NCBI GenBank assembly: GCA_965203055.1
Contig: OZ241863.1
Location: forward strand, 1 to 64,000
DNA from: Spirochaetia bacterium
GTDB taxonomy: Bacteria > Spirochaetota > Spirochaetia > SZUA-6 > Bin103
Reading direction: 5' to 3'
DNA length: 64,000 nucleotides
The position numbers and the translations under genes are program-made. The stretch's first letter is position 1. Every line of letters begins with the position of its first letter. The notes under the pieces were generated by a model that saw only the letters and a program-made list of their open reading frames with translations, ran no database searches and was not told the origin of the DNA. Shown here piece after piece: positions 9,765-19,389 of this stretch.

Positions 9765-11725
9765 CTAATCCGCTATCTGAATCAGAAGCTGCTTGCCTGC
9801 CAGCGTCCGGCGCGCCCAATATAGGTTCTGGTACTGATCGTAGCCGCCCTCCGCCAGCTTGGCCGTGCCGGTCGCGGTGGTGCCGCTGGCCGGCGCCGAA
9901 AAGGTCACGGTTGGGGCAGACTGGTAGCCGCTTCCCCCGTTCGTTACCATCACTGATGCTACGCCGTAGCGCAGCGCCGCGGTACCGGCGGCCGTGGTGC
10001 CGCCGCCCGGCGCTGCTCCGAAGGTCACGGTCGGGGCAGACGTGTAGCCGCTCCCTCCGCTCGTGACCGTCACCGACGCTACGCCGTAGCGCAGCACCGC
10101 GGTGCCGGCGGCGGTGGCGCCGCCGCTCGGCGCTGCCGCGAAGGTCACGGCGGGGGCGGAGGTGTAGCCGCTCCCGCCGTCCGCGACCGTCACCGACACT
10201 ACGCGGTAGCGCAGCGCCGCAGTGCCGGTTGCGGTGGTGCCGCCGCCCGGCGCTGCTCCGAAGGTCACGGTCGGGGCGGAGGTGTAGCCGCTCCCTCCGC
10301 TCGTGACCGTCACCGACGCCACGCCGCTTTGCAGCGCCGCGGTGCCGGTTGCGCTCCTGCCGCCGCCTCCCGAAAACGTCACGGAAGGGGCAGACGTGTA
10401 GCCGCTTCCCGTGTTCGTGATCGTCACGGCATCTAATCTATCGTTTCGCAGCGTCGTGGTGGCGGCCGCACCGCTGCCCCCTCCGCCCGAATACGTAACG
10501 GAAGGCGCAGACGTGTAGCCGCTTCCCGTGTTCGAAATGAGAGTACTTACCACTGCACCGCTATTAATGAAGGCTCTTCCGATTGCCCGGGTGCCACCGG
10601 ACGGCGGAGCGCCAAAGGTCAAGGTTGGGGCAGACGTGTAACCGCTTCCCCCGTTCGTGATTATCACTCTGTGTACTTCTCCTGATCGCCGCGTTGCGGT
10701 GCCGGTCGCCGTGGTGCCGCCGGACGGCGGCGCCCCAAACGTCACGGTAGGGTCAGAGCTATAAGATAGCCCCCGGTGAGTAAGCGTCACTGACGCTACG
10801 CCGCTTTGCCGCACGGCGGTGGCGGCCGCGCCGCTGCCGCCACCGCCGCCCGAAAAGGTCACCGTAGGGGCCGCTGTGTAGCCGCTCCCCGCGGTCCCGA
10901 CCGTCACGGAATCGACGTGCCGGGACCCCACCGCGGCCCCGGTTGCGGTGGTGCCGCCGGACGGCGCCGCCTCGAACGTCACGGTTGGAACAGCCGTGTA
11001 GCCGCTCCCCGCGGTCGTAATCGTCACGGAATCGACGGTACCGGACCCCACTGCGGTGCCGGTTGCCGTAGTGCCGGACGGCGGGGCTGAAAAGGTTACG
11101 GTGGGGACCGAGGCGTAGCCGCTTCCGGCGGTCGTAATCGTCACGGTGTCGACGCTGCCCGACCTCGTCGCGGTGCCGGTTGCCGTGGCGCCGCCGGCCA
11201 GCGGGGCCGAGAAGGTCACGGTCGGGTCTGTCGTGTAGCCGCTCCCCCGGTTCGTGATCATCACCGACTCAACCGTGTCGCCGGCGCCTGACTGATCGGG
11301 GGCGGTGAGCACCAGCACCACTTCCCCCGCCCGCACCTCGGCGGCAACCGTCCACTCCGCGCCGGAGATGTCGGACGCGAAGACCGGCTTGGCGCTCGTG
11401 CTCGTGAACGGCAGCTCCTGCCCGCCAATCGAAACGCGCACGCCGCCGGCGGTGATCCGCTCCCAGGCATAGGGCGCGGAACGGTTGGACACTGCGCCCG
11501 TCAGGTTCAGTTCATCATTGCCAAAATCAGCCGCGCCGATCGTCCAGCGCTTCTCTGCCGGCGCTGCCGGCTGCGGGGTTGGCGCCGGCTCGCTCGGCGG
11601 CTTACCCCCCCCCCTTGGGCCGGGTCGGCGGGCGCGGCTGCCGGGCGCGCGGCCTGGGAACAGGCCATCAGCGCCGCGATGCCGGCGGCCAGCAACAGCG
11701 ATACCAGCGATCTCTTACCCACCAA
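9765..11725 (-). CDS. Surface lipoprotein with 12 tandem ~39-aa GSGYT repeats, frameshifted at a G10 tract (phase-OFF state, pseudogene or sequencing indel)
   Basis: AGGAGG RBS (11737-11732), TTG/GTG start (11725/11722), signal peptide GKRSLVSLLLAAGIAALMA-C. After G10 (11614-11605) a different frame continues GKPPSEPAPTPQP...TGAVSNRSAPYAW into ORF 9765..11492. Confidence 0.75.
9870..11280 (-). repeat. Intragenic tandem repeat, 12 units of about 114-123 bp (V.SVTVT.GGSGYTSAPTVTF.APP.GGTTATGTA)
   Basis: Units counted directly in the translation; near-identical 120-bp periodicity is visible at 9960-10330. Confidence 0.9.
11605..11614 (-). repeat. G10 homopolymer at the frameshift site of the lipoprotein gene
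   Basis: Ten consecutive C on the + strand. G8 or G11 would fuse the signal peptide to the repeat region. Confidence 0.9.
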
Positions 11726-11834
11726 GATTCCCCTCCTGCCTGCGGTTGGCCGGTTGGCCGGCTCTAACCTAACTTGCGGTTCATCGTAGCACGTGCCGGC
11801 GGTCTCCTGCTTGAGCCGGCCCTGACACCGCCTG

Positions 11835-12719
11835 TCACGGCTCTTCGGCCGGGCGCCGCAGCACGATGCGGTCCTCCTCCAGCTCCACCTGCAGGCGGTC
11901 GCGGCCCTCCACTCCCAGGGCGCGCAGGTAGTCGCCCGGCACCTGCAGGCGCCCGGCGCGGTCCACCACCGCCAGCTCCTGATGGCTCTCCGCCTCTTCC
12001 ATGTGGGCGGCCAGGTGGGCCAGCTCGCTGACGTAGGTGCCGCGGCGGATGAACTCGCTGCTGGTGCGCCCGTCGCGGATCGCCACCACCCGGTCCACCG
12101 CCTGGGCGACGCGCCGGTCATGGGTAACGATCACCACCGTGACGCCCAACTCGCGGTTGACCTTGCGCAGCGCTTCCAGCACCCCCGCCGCGGTGCGCCC
12201 GTCGACGCTGCCGGTGGGCTCGTCGGCGAGCACCAGCGGCGGTTGGTTGGCCAGCGCGATGGCAATGGCCACCCGCTGCTGCTCGCCGCCGGAGAGCTGG
12301 CCGGGCCGGCTGCGCAGGCGATGCGACATGCCCACCAGATGCAGCAGCTCCTGCGCCCGCCGGCGCCGCTCGGGGCGGCCGGTGAGCAACATCGGCACCT
12401 CCACGTTCTGGACCGCGGAGAGGTAGGGAATCAGGTTGCGGGCGCTGTTCTGCCACACGAAGCCCACCTTCTCGCGCCGGTAGCGGATCAACTCGGCGCG
12501 CGACAGCGCCAGCAGGTCGCGCCCGGCCACGGTGATCTTCCCGGCCGAGGGCAGGTCCAGGCCGCCGATTACGTTGAGCAGCGTCGACTTGCCGCTGCCG
12601 CTGTTGCCGATGATCGCCATCAGCTCGGCGTCGGCCACCTCCAGATCGAGGCCCTGCAACGCGATCACCTCGAACTCCTTGCTCTTGTAGATGCGTACCA
12701 GGTTCTCGCAGCTGATCAC
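11835..12719 (-). CDS. ABC transporter ATP-binding protein (LolD/MacB type) with C-terminal AbrB-like domain
   Basis: GNSGSGKS, LSGGEQQRVAIA, LADEPTG, VTHD; tail VVDRAGRLQVP...LQVELEEDRIVLR. Start GTG 12719. Confidence 0.88.
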   Translation of the reverse strand: MISCENLVRIYKSKEFEVIALQGLDLEVADAELMAIIGNSGSGKSTLLNVIGGLDLPSAGKITVAGRDLLALSRAELIRYRREKVGFVWQNSARNLIPYLSAVQNVEVPMLLTGRPERRRRAQELLHLVGMSHRLRSRPGQLSGGEQQRVAIAIALANQPPLVLADEPTGSVDGRTAAGVLEALRKVNRELGVTVVIVTHDRRVAQAVDRVVAIRDGRTSSEFIRRGTYVSELAHLAAHMEEAESHQELAVVDRAGRLQVPGDYLRALGVEGRDRLQVELEEDRIVLRRPAEEP

Positions 12720-13474
12720 GCGCGCTCCCGCGGTTCGACCACGCGGCCATCTTCCAACTGAACCACGTGATCGGCGACCTCGATGATGTAGGGATCGTGA
12801 CTGCTCATCACCACGGTCACGCCCTGTTCGCGCACCAGCCGGCGCACCAGTCCGATCACCTGCAGGCCGGTATGGGTGTCCAGTTCCGCGGTCGGCTCGT
12901 CGGCGAACAGCAGCGCCGGTTCGTGGGCGATGGCGCGGGCGATGGCCACCCGCTGCTGCTCGCCGCCCGACAGCTCGCCCGGGCGGTGGTGCAGGCGCCC
13001 GCGCAGCCCCACCAGCGAGAGGCAATGCCGGGCGCGCGCCTCCCGGCGCGCGTCGTCGTAGCCGGCCACGCGCAGCGCGAAGTCGACGTTCTCGAACGCC
13101 GACATCACCCCGATCAGCGCTACCGACTGGAACACGAATCCCATGCGCCGCCGCCGCAGCTCGTCCCGCTCGCCCTCGTTCAGCGTCACGATGTCGCGCT
13201 CCTCGAACTCCACCCGGCCACTGCTGGGGTAGTCGAGCGCCCCGAGGATGTTGATCAGCGTGGTCTTGCCGGAGCCGGACGGCCCCTGCAGGATGGTGAG
13301 CCGCGCGCGCGGCACGCGCACGCTCACCTGCTGCAGCGCGTACACGGTGGCGCCGCCGGCGCGGAAGGCGCGGTTCAGATCGGCCGCGGCCAGCACGAAC
13401 GGCGCCGCCGAACCGGCCGCGCGCCGCTCCGGGAACCGCGCGGCGCTGCCGGGGTAGCCGCTCACGGCGCTCAC
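12716..13474 (-). CDS. ABC transporter ATP-binding protein (LolD/MacB type)
   Basis: GPSGSGKTT, LSGGEQQRVAIAR, FADEPTAELD, SSHD. Start GTG 13474 overlaps the upstream stop. Confidence 0.88.
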   Translation of the reverse strand: MSAVSGYPGSAARFPERRAAGSAAPFVLAAADLNRAFRAGGATVYALQQVSVRVPRARLTILQGPSGSGKTTLINILGALDYPSSGRVEFEERDIVTLNEGERDELRRRRMGFVFQSVALIGVMSAFENVDFALRVAGYDDARREARARHCLSLVGLRGRLHHRPGELSGGEQQRVAIARAIAHEPALLFADEPTAELDTHTGLQVIGLVRRLVREQGVTVVMSSHDPYIIEVADHVVQLEDGRVVEPRERA

Positions 13475-16308
13475 TCCTCCCCCAGCTTGAGGGCCTGGTG
13501 GATGTCCAGGCGCGCCAGCAAGGTGCGGAACAGCGCGGCGCCGAGCAGCAGCAGCACGCCGGCCACCACGTAGATGCGCAGCAGGTCGGCGGCCTCGCTG
13601 GCGACCCGGAACGGCGGCACCTGGTCGGCGGCGGAGTACACCACCTGCAGCAGCGGCACGTACAGCAGCGCCGCGGCGCGCCCGATCGCCACCCCGGCGG
13701 CGATGGCGGCGCCGGTGATCAGGAGCTGCTCCACCACCAGCATCCCCAATACCCGCCGGCTCGACATGCCGATCGCGCGCAGCACCCCGAACTGCAGCAT
13801 GCGCGCGCGCAGGGTCAGCACCCAGTACATCGTGAATCCCACCACGCTGATCAGCATCGCCACCGAAAAGCCGAGGGTCAGCACCCCGTTGGTGCCTTGC
13901 AGCAAGGGATCGTTCTTGGCCTCGATTACCTGTTGCGAGGCGTCCGTCAGGCTGACGATGTCCAGTTCGCGTTCGTCGATGGCGGCGTAGATCTCCGCGC
14001 TGGAGCTGCGTGGCTCCCGCCTGGCCCAGATTTCGTACGGCTCGATCGCCATCTTGGCGTGGATGTAGTTGAAGTTGGCCACCACCAGCCGCGGCGTGGA
14101 GCGGCCGCCGACCGGCATGAACGTCGGCCAGTAGTCGACGAAGCCGTATACCACGCCGTCCACCACGTCCTGGCCCGACCAGGTGACGAGGATGGTGTCG
14201 CCGAGCTTGAGGTCGAATTCGGCGGCCACCGAGGTGGACAGCAGCATTGCCTTGGGGTCGTGGGTGAGCCGGTTCAGGTAGTGGAACCAGTGCACCGGCA
14301 GCAGGTCGGAGCGAAACCACGCCACTTCCCCGAACTCCCCGGGCACCACCGCCAGCAGCTCCGCCATGGTGCGCCGGTTGCCTGGCAGCGACACCTGGGC
14401 GCGCGGCTGGCGCATGACCCGGGTGGTGGACGCCACGCCCGGAAGCTGGGTAAACGGCTGATAGGGGGGCTCGCGGTACTGCACCGCGGTGGAGGAAGTG
14501 GAGGCGCCGGGTCCCGCCGGCCCGCCGCCGCCGACCGGGTCGCCGGTGGCGGCCGGGGCGTCGCTGGGAAAGTAGGGCCGCAGGGTGAGGTCGGCGCCGG
14601 CGGCGTAGTAGATGCGCTCCTCGATGTTGCGGTTGACGGTGCGCGCGGCGCTGCTGTTGTAGATGCCGAGCGCCAGGGTGAGGATCAGGAACACCATCAG
14701 GAACTGTTCGTGGCCGCGCGCCCGCGCCACCTGAATGAAGGCCGCGTAGAAGGGCGGCGACCAGCGCCGCCGGGCGGCGCGGAACAGCGCCTGCACCAGC
14801 ACCGGAAAGACGCGCAGCGCCAGCATGCCGCAGCCGAGGATGAACACCACCGAGGTGAGGAACAGCAGCGGGTCCAGCGGCAGATCGGAGCCGGTGGCGG
14901 CGGTGAGCAGCAGGATCTCGCGCCGCTGCCGGAACTGCACCAGCCCGTAGACGGCGATGGCGATCAGCACCAGGTCCAGGTAGTAGCGCCGCCAGAAGGT
15001 GTAGCGCCGCGCCCGGGCGCCGCGCCCGCGCAGCTCGACGATGGAGGTGCGCGCGGCGCGGGTGGCCGGCAGCAGGGTGGCGAGCAGGAAGATGCCCGCC
15101 CCGGCGAGCGCGAACCAGTAGGCGCGCAGGTTGATGCCGGCGCGCAGCGAGGTGCGGCCGACGAATTCCAGAAACCCGTTGGCGGCGCCCAGGAAGCGCA
15201 CGATCACCAGCGCCAGCGGCGGTCCCAGCGCCAGCGCGGCGCCGCCGAGCAGCAGGCTCTGCACCAAGTAGACGGTGAACAACTGCGAGCCGGCCGCGCC
15301 GCGGCTCTCCAGCACCGCGATCTCGGCCAGGTCCCCCTCCACGATGAGCTGCGACACCATGTACATGAAGAACGCCAGCACCAGCACGATCGGCACGTGC
15401 AGGAACGCCAGGGTGAGCTTCAGAATCGCGGCGCGCCGGTTGTAGTCGTCCAGCAGCTTGGCGATGCCGAAGTCCAGTTCCACGCGCCGGTCGGCGGAGG
15501 CGCGCAGGTACTCGTCGTAGCGGCGCAGCAGGTTGGGTACGTTGGCCAGGGTGATCTGGTGGTAGTCGAGCGCAAAGTGCCAGGAGCCCATGGTCAGGTT
15601 ACGGGTCGGCCGGTAGAGGAAGTCGCGCAGAAAGGTGTCGTAGTCGATGAGGAAGCTTTCGCCCAGCGAGCTGAAGCGCTGGAACCAGAACAGATCGCCG
15701 GCATCCCGCTTGGTGAACACGCCGACCACCTTGACCTGCAGGCGCGGTTCTTCGGCCAGCAGGTCGTGCAGCAGGTAGGTGCGGTCCAGAATCAGCTCCA
15801 GCTCCTGCATCGCTTCGCCGGTGACGATCGCCTCGTAGACGCCGTCCACCGGCTCCGGGCGGAACATGCGCCCGTGGGTGATGGTGACGTGCGCCTCCAG
15901 GTCGCGCAGCGCCTCCACCCGGCTGAACTTCTTGACGGTCTCCTGGCGCCGCTCTTCCGGCTGCGGGCGCTCGTCGTACAGGTAGTCGAGGGTGATGCGC
16001 TTCATGGAGGCCGCTATCGGCACCCCCAGGTTCGGCACCAGCGTGGTGAGGATCTCCTGCTCCAGGGCATCGTGGAACGGCGCCTTGGCCTCCGGCTGCT
16101 CCACCAGCCGGTAGAAGTTGTAGCTGGCCGCGGTGGTGCCGGGATAGCGCCCGGTGCGCTCCTGGTAGCGTTCCAGGTCGCGGGTCAGCAGGCGCTGCAG
16201 CACGCCGTCGGTGTAGATCGGGATGCTGGCCAGCAGCGCGACCGACAGCACCGAGCCGGCCAGGAGGGCCAGCACCAACCAGCGGTTGCTGGCCATCTTG
16301 CGCAGCAC
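13471..16308 (-). CDS. Large FtsX/MacB-like ABC permease (two permease modules)
   Basis: Multiple TM segments, two large extracytoplasmic regions, EIAVLESRGA and FGVLRAIGMS FtsX motifs. Confidence 0.85.
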   Translation of the reverse strand: MLRKMASNRWLVLALLAGSVLSVALLASIPIYTDGVLQRLLTRDLERYQERTGRYPGTTAASYNFYRLVEQPEAKAPFHDALEQEILTTLVPNLGVPIAASMKRITLDYLYDERPQPEERRQETVKKFSRVEALRDLEAHVTITHGRMFRPEPVDGVYEAIVTGEAMQELELILDRTYLLHDLLAEEPRLQVKVVGVFTKRDAGDLFWFQRFSSLGESFLIDYDTFLRDFLYRPTRNLTMGSWHFALDYHQITLANVPNLLRRYDEYLRASADRRVELDFGIAKLLDDYNRRAAILKLTLAFLHVPIVLVLAFFMYMVSQLIVEGDLAEIAVLESRGAAGSQLFTVYLVQSLLLGGAALALGPPLALVIVRFLGAANGFLEFVGRTSLRAGINLRAYWFALAGAGIFLLATLLPATRAARTSIVELRGRGARARRYTFWRRYYLDLVLIAIAVYGLVQFRQRREILLLTAATGSDLPLDPLLFLTSVVFILGCGMLALRVFPVLVQALFRAARRRWSPPFYAAFIQVARARGHEQFLMVFLILTLALGIYNSSAARTVNRNIEERIYYAAGADLTLRPYFPSDAPAATGDPVGGGGPAGPGASTSSTAVQYREPPYQPFTQLPGVASTTRVMRQPRAQVSLPGNRRTMAELLAVVPGEFGEVAWFRSDLLPVHWFHYLNRLTHDPKAMLLSTSVAAEFDLKLGDTILVTWSGQDVVDGVVYGFVDYWPTFMPVGGRSTPRLVVANFNYIHAKMAIEPYEIWARREPRSSSAEIYAAIDERELDIVSLTDASQQVIEAKNDPLLQGTNGVLTLGFSVAMLISVVGFTMYWVLTLRARMLQFGVLRAIGMSSRRVLGMLVVEQLLITGAAIAAGVAIGRAAALLYVPLLQVVYSAADQVPPFRVASEAADLLRIYVVAGVLLLLGAALFRTLLARLDIHQALKLGEE

Positions 16309-16313
16309 CAGGA

Positions 16314-17339
16314 CTAGCGTACGACCACCTCCTCGCCGACTTCCAGCCCGGCGGCCACCTCCACCTGGGTGGGAGTCTGGATGCCCACCTCGACGTTGCG
16401 CTCCTCGCGCAGCCCGTCGGCGAGCACGTATACGAAGCGCCGCCCCAGGTAGGTCTGCACCAAGTTGCGCGGCAGCACGATCACTCCCTCGCGCCGCGCG
16501 CGGATCAGCACTACGCTGGCGGTGTCTCCCTTCTCCACCTCCGGCGGCAGCTCGGACACCCGCATCAGGACCATCTCGCGCATCTCCTCCGGGGCGTCGC
16601 GCGGCACGTTGAGGGGCGTCATCACCACTTCGCCGGAAAACTTCTCGCCGCGCACGTCCGCGGTGACTTCGGCGCCGAGCGCGAACTCGGAGCGCTTCGG
16701 ACCGCTGTAGCTGAGCAGAATCTCGCTCGGGTCGGCGATCTGGACGACGGTGCGGAACGCCTCCACCGACTCGCCCTCGCTCAGCGGGGCGATGTACACC
16801 ACTTCGCCCGCCACCGGGGCGCGCAGTTGCGACTTGGCCAGTTCCTCCCGGAGCTGGCGCAGGCTCAACCGCGCCAGCTCGACGTCCAGCTCGGCGTTCT
16901 CGAGCGTGAGGCGGTCGGCGTTGCCGGCGGTGACGCGCTCGGCGGCGATCTCCGCCTTGCGCACCCTGATCTCCTGGCGGCGCACGTCGAGCCGCAGCCG
17001 GTCGGTGTCCAGCTCGGCGACGAGTTGCCCCGGCGTCACTTCGTCGCCGTAGCGCACGTAGATGCCGCGCAGTGGCCCGCTGCGAAAGCGGAACTTCAGG
17101 GAGTGTTGGCTGGGATAGATGAACACCCCGCCCACCGTCACCTTGTCCTCGATCACCCCCGCGCGCGCGGTCTCGGTGCGGTAGCGGATCTCGGGCGTCT
17201 CCAGCAGCGGCGGGGCCAGCACGCTCTCCTCCTGGGGCAGCAGGAAGCAGCCGCCGAACAGACCGGCCAGCACCGCCGGCAGCAGGCCGCCGGCGGCGCG
17301 CGCCAAGCCGGGCTGGCGCCGCGCCCGCGCCAAGCTCAC
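16314..17339 (-). CDS. Periplasmic adaptor / membrane-fusion lipoprotein (HlyD/RND type)
   Basis: Lipobox LFGGC, VRYGDEVTPGQLVAELD, coiled coil, LRAPVAGEV, GLEVGEEVV. Start GTG 17339. Confidence 0.82.
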   Translation of the reverse strand: MSLARARRQPGLARAAGGLLPAVLAGLFGGCFLLPQEESVLAPPLLETPEIRYRTETARAGVIEDKVTVGGVFIYPSQHSLKFRFRSGPLRGIYVRYGDEVTPGQLVAELDTDRLRLDVRRQEIRVRKAEIAAERVTAGNADRLTLENAELDVELARLSLRQLREELAKSQLRAPVAGEVVYIAPLSEGESVEAFRTVVQIADPSEILLSYSGPKRSEFALGAEVTADVRGEKFSGEVVMTPLNVPRDAPEEMREMVLMRVSELPPEVEKGDTASVVLIRARREGVIVLPRNLVQTYLGRRFVYVLADGLREERNVEVGIQTPTQVEVAAGLEVGEEVVVR

Positions 17340-18367
17340 GTTACCGGCGCCGGAGCGGCGGGCTCGCCGGCCGCGGCGGCGCCGTAGAGAAAGCAGGCCG
17401 CGGCCCGATCCGGGTCGGTGCGCTGCAGCGCGGGCTCCCGCGCGGCGCACTGCGCCATCACCTGCGGGCAGCGGTCGGCAAACTTGCAGCCGCCGCCGGC
17501 ATGGCGCAGCACCACGCTGTCGGCCGGGGCGGTCTCGACGTTTTCGCCCCACTTGAGATTGGGATCCGCCTGCGGAATCGAGTCCACCAGCAGCCTGGTG
17601 TAGGGGTGCTTCGGGTCGCCGATCACCTTGCCCACTTCCCCGGTCTCGGCCACCGAGCCCTGATACAGCACCAGGATGTCGTCGGCAATCTGGAACGCGG
17701 TGGTCAGGTCGTGGGTGATGTAGAGGATGGCGATGCCCAGTTCCCGGTTCAGCTTGCGGATGCTCTCCAGGATCGTGGCGCGCAGCGACGCATCCACCAT
17801 CGAGACCGGCTCGTCGGCGACGATCACGCTCGGCTTGAGCAGCAGCGCCCGGGCCACCATCACCCGCTGCCGCTGGCCGCCGCTGAGCTGGTGGGGAAAC
17901 CGGCCCAGGGTTTCCTCCGGGCGCAAGCCGACCGTCTCCAACGCTTCCATGATCAACTCGCGCGCGTGCCCCCGCGATTCGGCCAGATGGAAGTTGTGCA
18001 CCGGGGTGTTGAGCACGTGGTCGACCCGGTAGAACGGGTTGTACACCTCGAAGGGGTCCTGAAACACCGGTTGGATCTCGCGCCGGAACTCCTTGCGCTG
18101 CTCCCGGCTCATGGCGCCGACGTCGCGCCCGCGATAGCGCACCCGGCCGCGGGTAGGCCCGATGAGGCCCAGCAACAACCGCGCCAGGGTGGTCTTGCCG
18201 CTGCCGCTCTCGCCGGCGATCGCGGTGATGCGCGGCGGATCCGCCGGTACCTCGAACGACAGGTTGTCCACCGCGGTGACCGTGGTCTTGTCGAACATGC
18301 GCCCGCCGAACACCTTGGTGACCTGATCCAGATCCAGCAGCGGAGCCGCGGCGCGCGCGGCGCTCAC
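17336..18367 (-). CDS. Oligopeptide/dipeptide ABC ATP-binding protein (OppF/DppF-like)
   Basis: GESGSGKTT, FQDPF, PHQLSGGQRQR, ADEPVSMVD, HPYT, GCKFADRCP. Confidence 0.9.
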   Translation of the reverse strand: MSAARAAAPLLDLDQVTKVFGGRMFDKTTVTAVDNLSFEVPADPPRITAIAGESGSGKTTLARLLLGLIGPTRGRVRYRGRDVGAMSREQRKEFRREIQPVFQDPFEVYNPFYRVDHVLNTPVHNFHLAESRGHARELIMEALETVGLRPEETLGRFPHQLSGGQRQRVMVARALLLKPSVIVADEPVSMVDASLRATILESIRKLNRELGIAILYITHDLTTAFQIADDILVLYQGSVAETGEVGKVIGDPKHPYTRLLVDSIPQADPNLKWGENVETAPADSVVLRHAGGGCKFADRCPQVMAQCAAREPALQRTDPDRAAACFLYGAAAAGEPAAPAPVT

Positions 18368-19389
18368 TGCGGCGCCCCGGCGGCGGCAGCCCGGGGGTCG
18401 TACAGGTGGCAGCGCGTCCAGCGTTCCGGCCGCACCTCTTCGTAGCGCGGCACCGCGGCGCGGCAGTGGGCCATGGCCGACGGGCAGCGCGGATGGAACA
18501 CGCAGCCGTCGGGCAGCTCCAGCAGGCGCGGCGGCAGGCCCGGAATCCCCACCAGATCGCGCTTCGCCCGCAACGTCGGCAGGCTCTCGATCAGCAACCT
18601 GGTGTAGGGGTGCAGCGGCGCGGCGAACACCTCCGGCACCGGGCCGCACTCCACCAGCTCGCCGGCGTACATCACCCCGATGCGGTCGGCGAACTGGGCC
18701 ATGAGCCCCATGTCGTGGCCTACCAGAATGACCGCTGCGTGCAACCCTTCCTGCAGCCGCCCCAGGGTGTCCATGATCTGCCGCTGCACCACCACGTCCA
18801 GGGCGCTGGTGGGTTCGTCGGCCAGAATCACCTTGGGACCGAGCGCGGTGGCGATTGCCAGCGCTACCCGCTGCTTCATGCCGCCGCTCAGCTCGTGGGC
18901 GTACATCATCGCCACGTTGCGCTGCAGCCCGACGCTCTCCAGCAGCTCGTACACCCGCGGCAGATGCGACGCGCGGTCCGCGGCGCCGCCGTGATCGACC
19001 AAGCCGTCGATGATCTGGTCGCGCACCCGCAGCACCGGGTTGAGGGAGTTCATCGCGCCCTGCGGCACCAGCGCCAGCTCGGCCAGCCGCACCCCGCGCA
19101 TCTGCTCCTCGTCGAGCGCCAGCACGTCGCGCCCGTCCAGGTGCACGCTGCCGCCGGCGACGTGGCCCGGCGGCTTGGTGAGCCGCATCAGCGCCATCGC
19201 CATGGTGGTCTTGCCCGAGCCCGACTCGCCCACCAGCCCCAGCCGCTCACCCGGCGCCAAGTCGAAGGTTACCCCGTCCACCGCCTTCACTACCCCGGCC
19301 GGCGTGTCGTAGTAGACCTTGAGGTCGCGCACTTCCAGGACCGGCCGCCTCGGCTGCGCGCCGCGGCCGGCATCCGCGGCGTTGCTCAT
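18364..19389 (-). CDS. Oligopeptide/dipeptide ABC ATP-binding protein (OppD/DppD-like)
   Basis: GESGSGKTT, PQGAMNSLNP, ELSGGMKQR, ADEPTSALDV, GCVFHPRCP. Confidence 0.9.
   Translation of the reverse strand: MSNAADAGRGAQPRRPVLEVRDLKVYYDTPAGVVKAVDGVTFDLAPGERLGLVGESGSGKTTMAMALMRLTKPPGHVAGGSVHLDGRDVLALDEEQMRGVRLAELALVPQGAMNSLNPVLRVRDQIIDGLVDHGGAADRASHLPRVYELLESVGLQRNVAMMYAHELSGGMKQRVALAIATALGPKVILADEPTSALDVVVQRQIMDTLGRLQEGLHAAVILVGHDMGLMAQFADRIGVMYAGELVECGPVPEVFAAPLHPYTRLLIESLPTLRAKRDLVGIPGLPPRLLELPDGCVFHPRCPSAMAHCRAAVPRYEEVRPERWTRCHLYDPRAAAAGAPQ

Noticed and set aside
9765..11492. Repeat protein as evidence of a prophage
   Set aside because: No other phage genes nearby; it has a lipoprotein signal and host-like flanks.
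11507..12121. 204-aa ORF as an independent gene
   Set aside because: Its 5' part shadows the ABC ATPase. Only the segment from 11725 to the G tract is meaningful, as the lipoprotein signal peptide.
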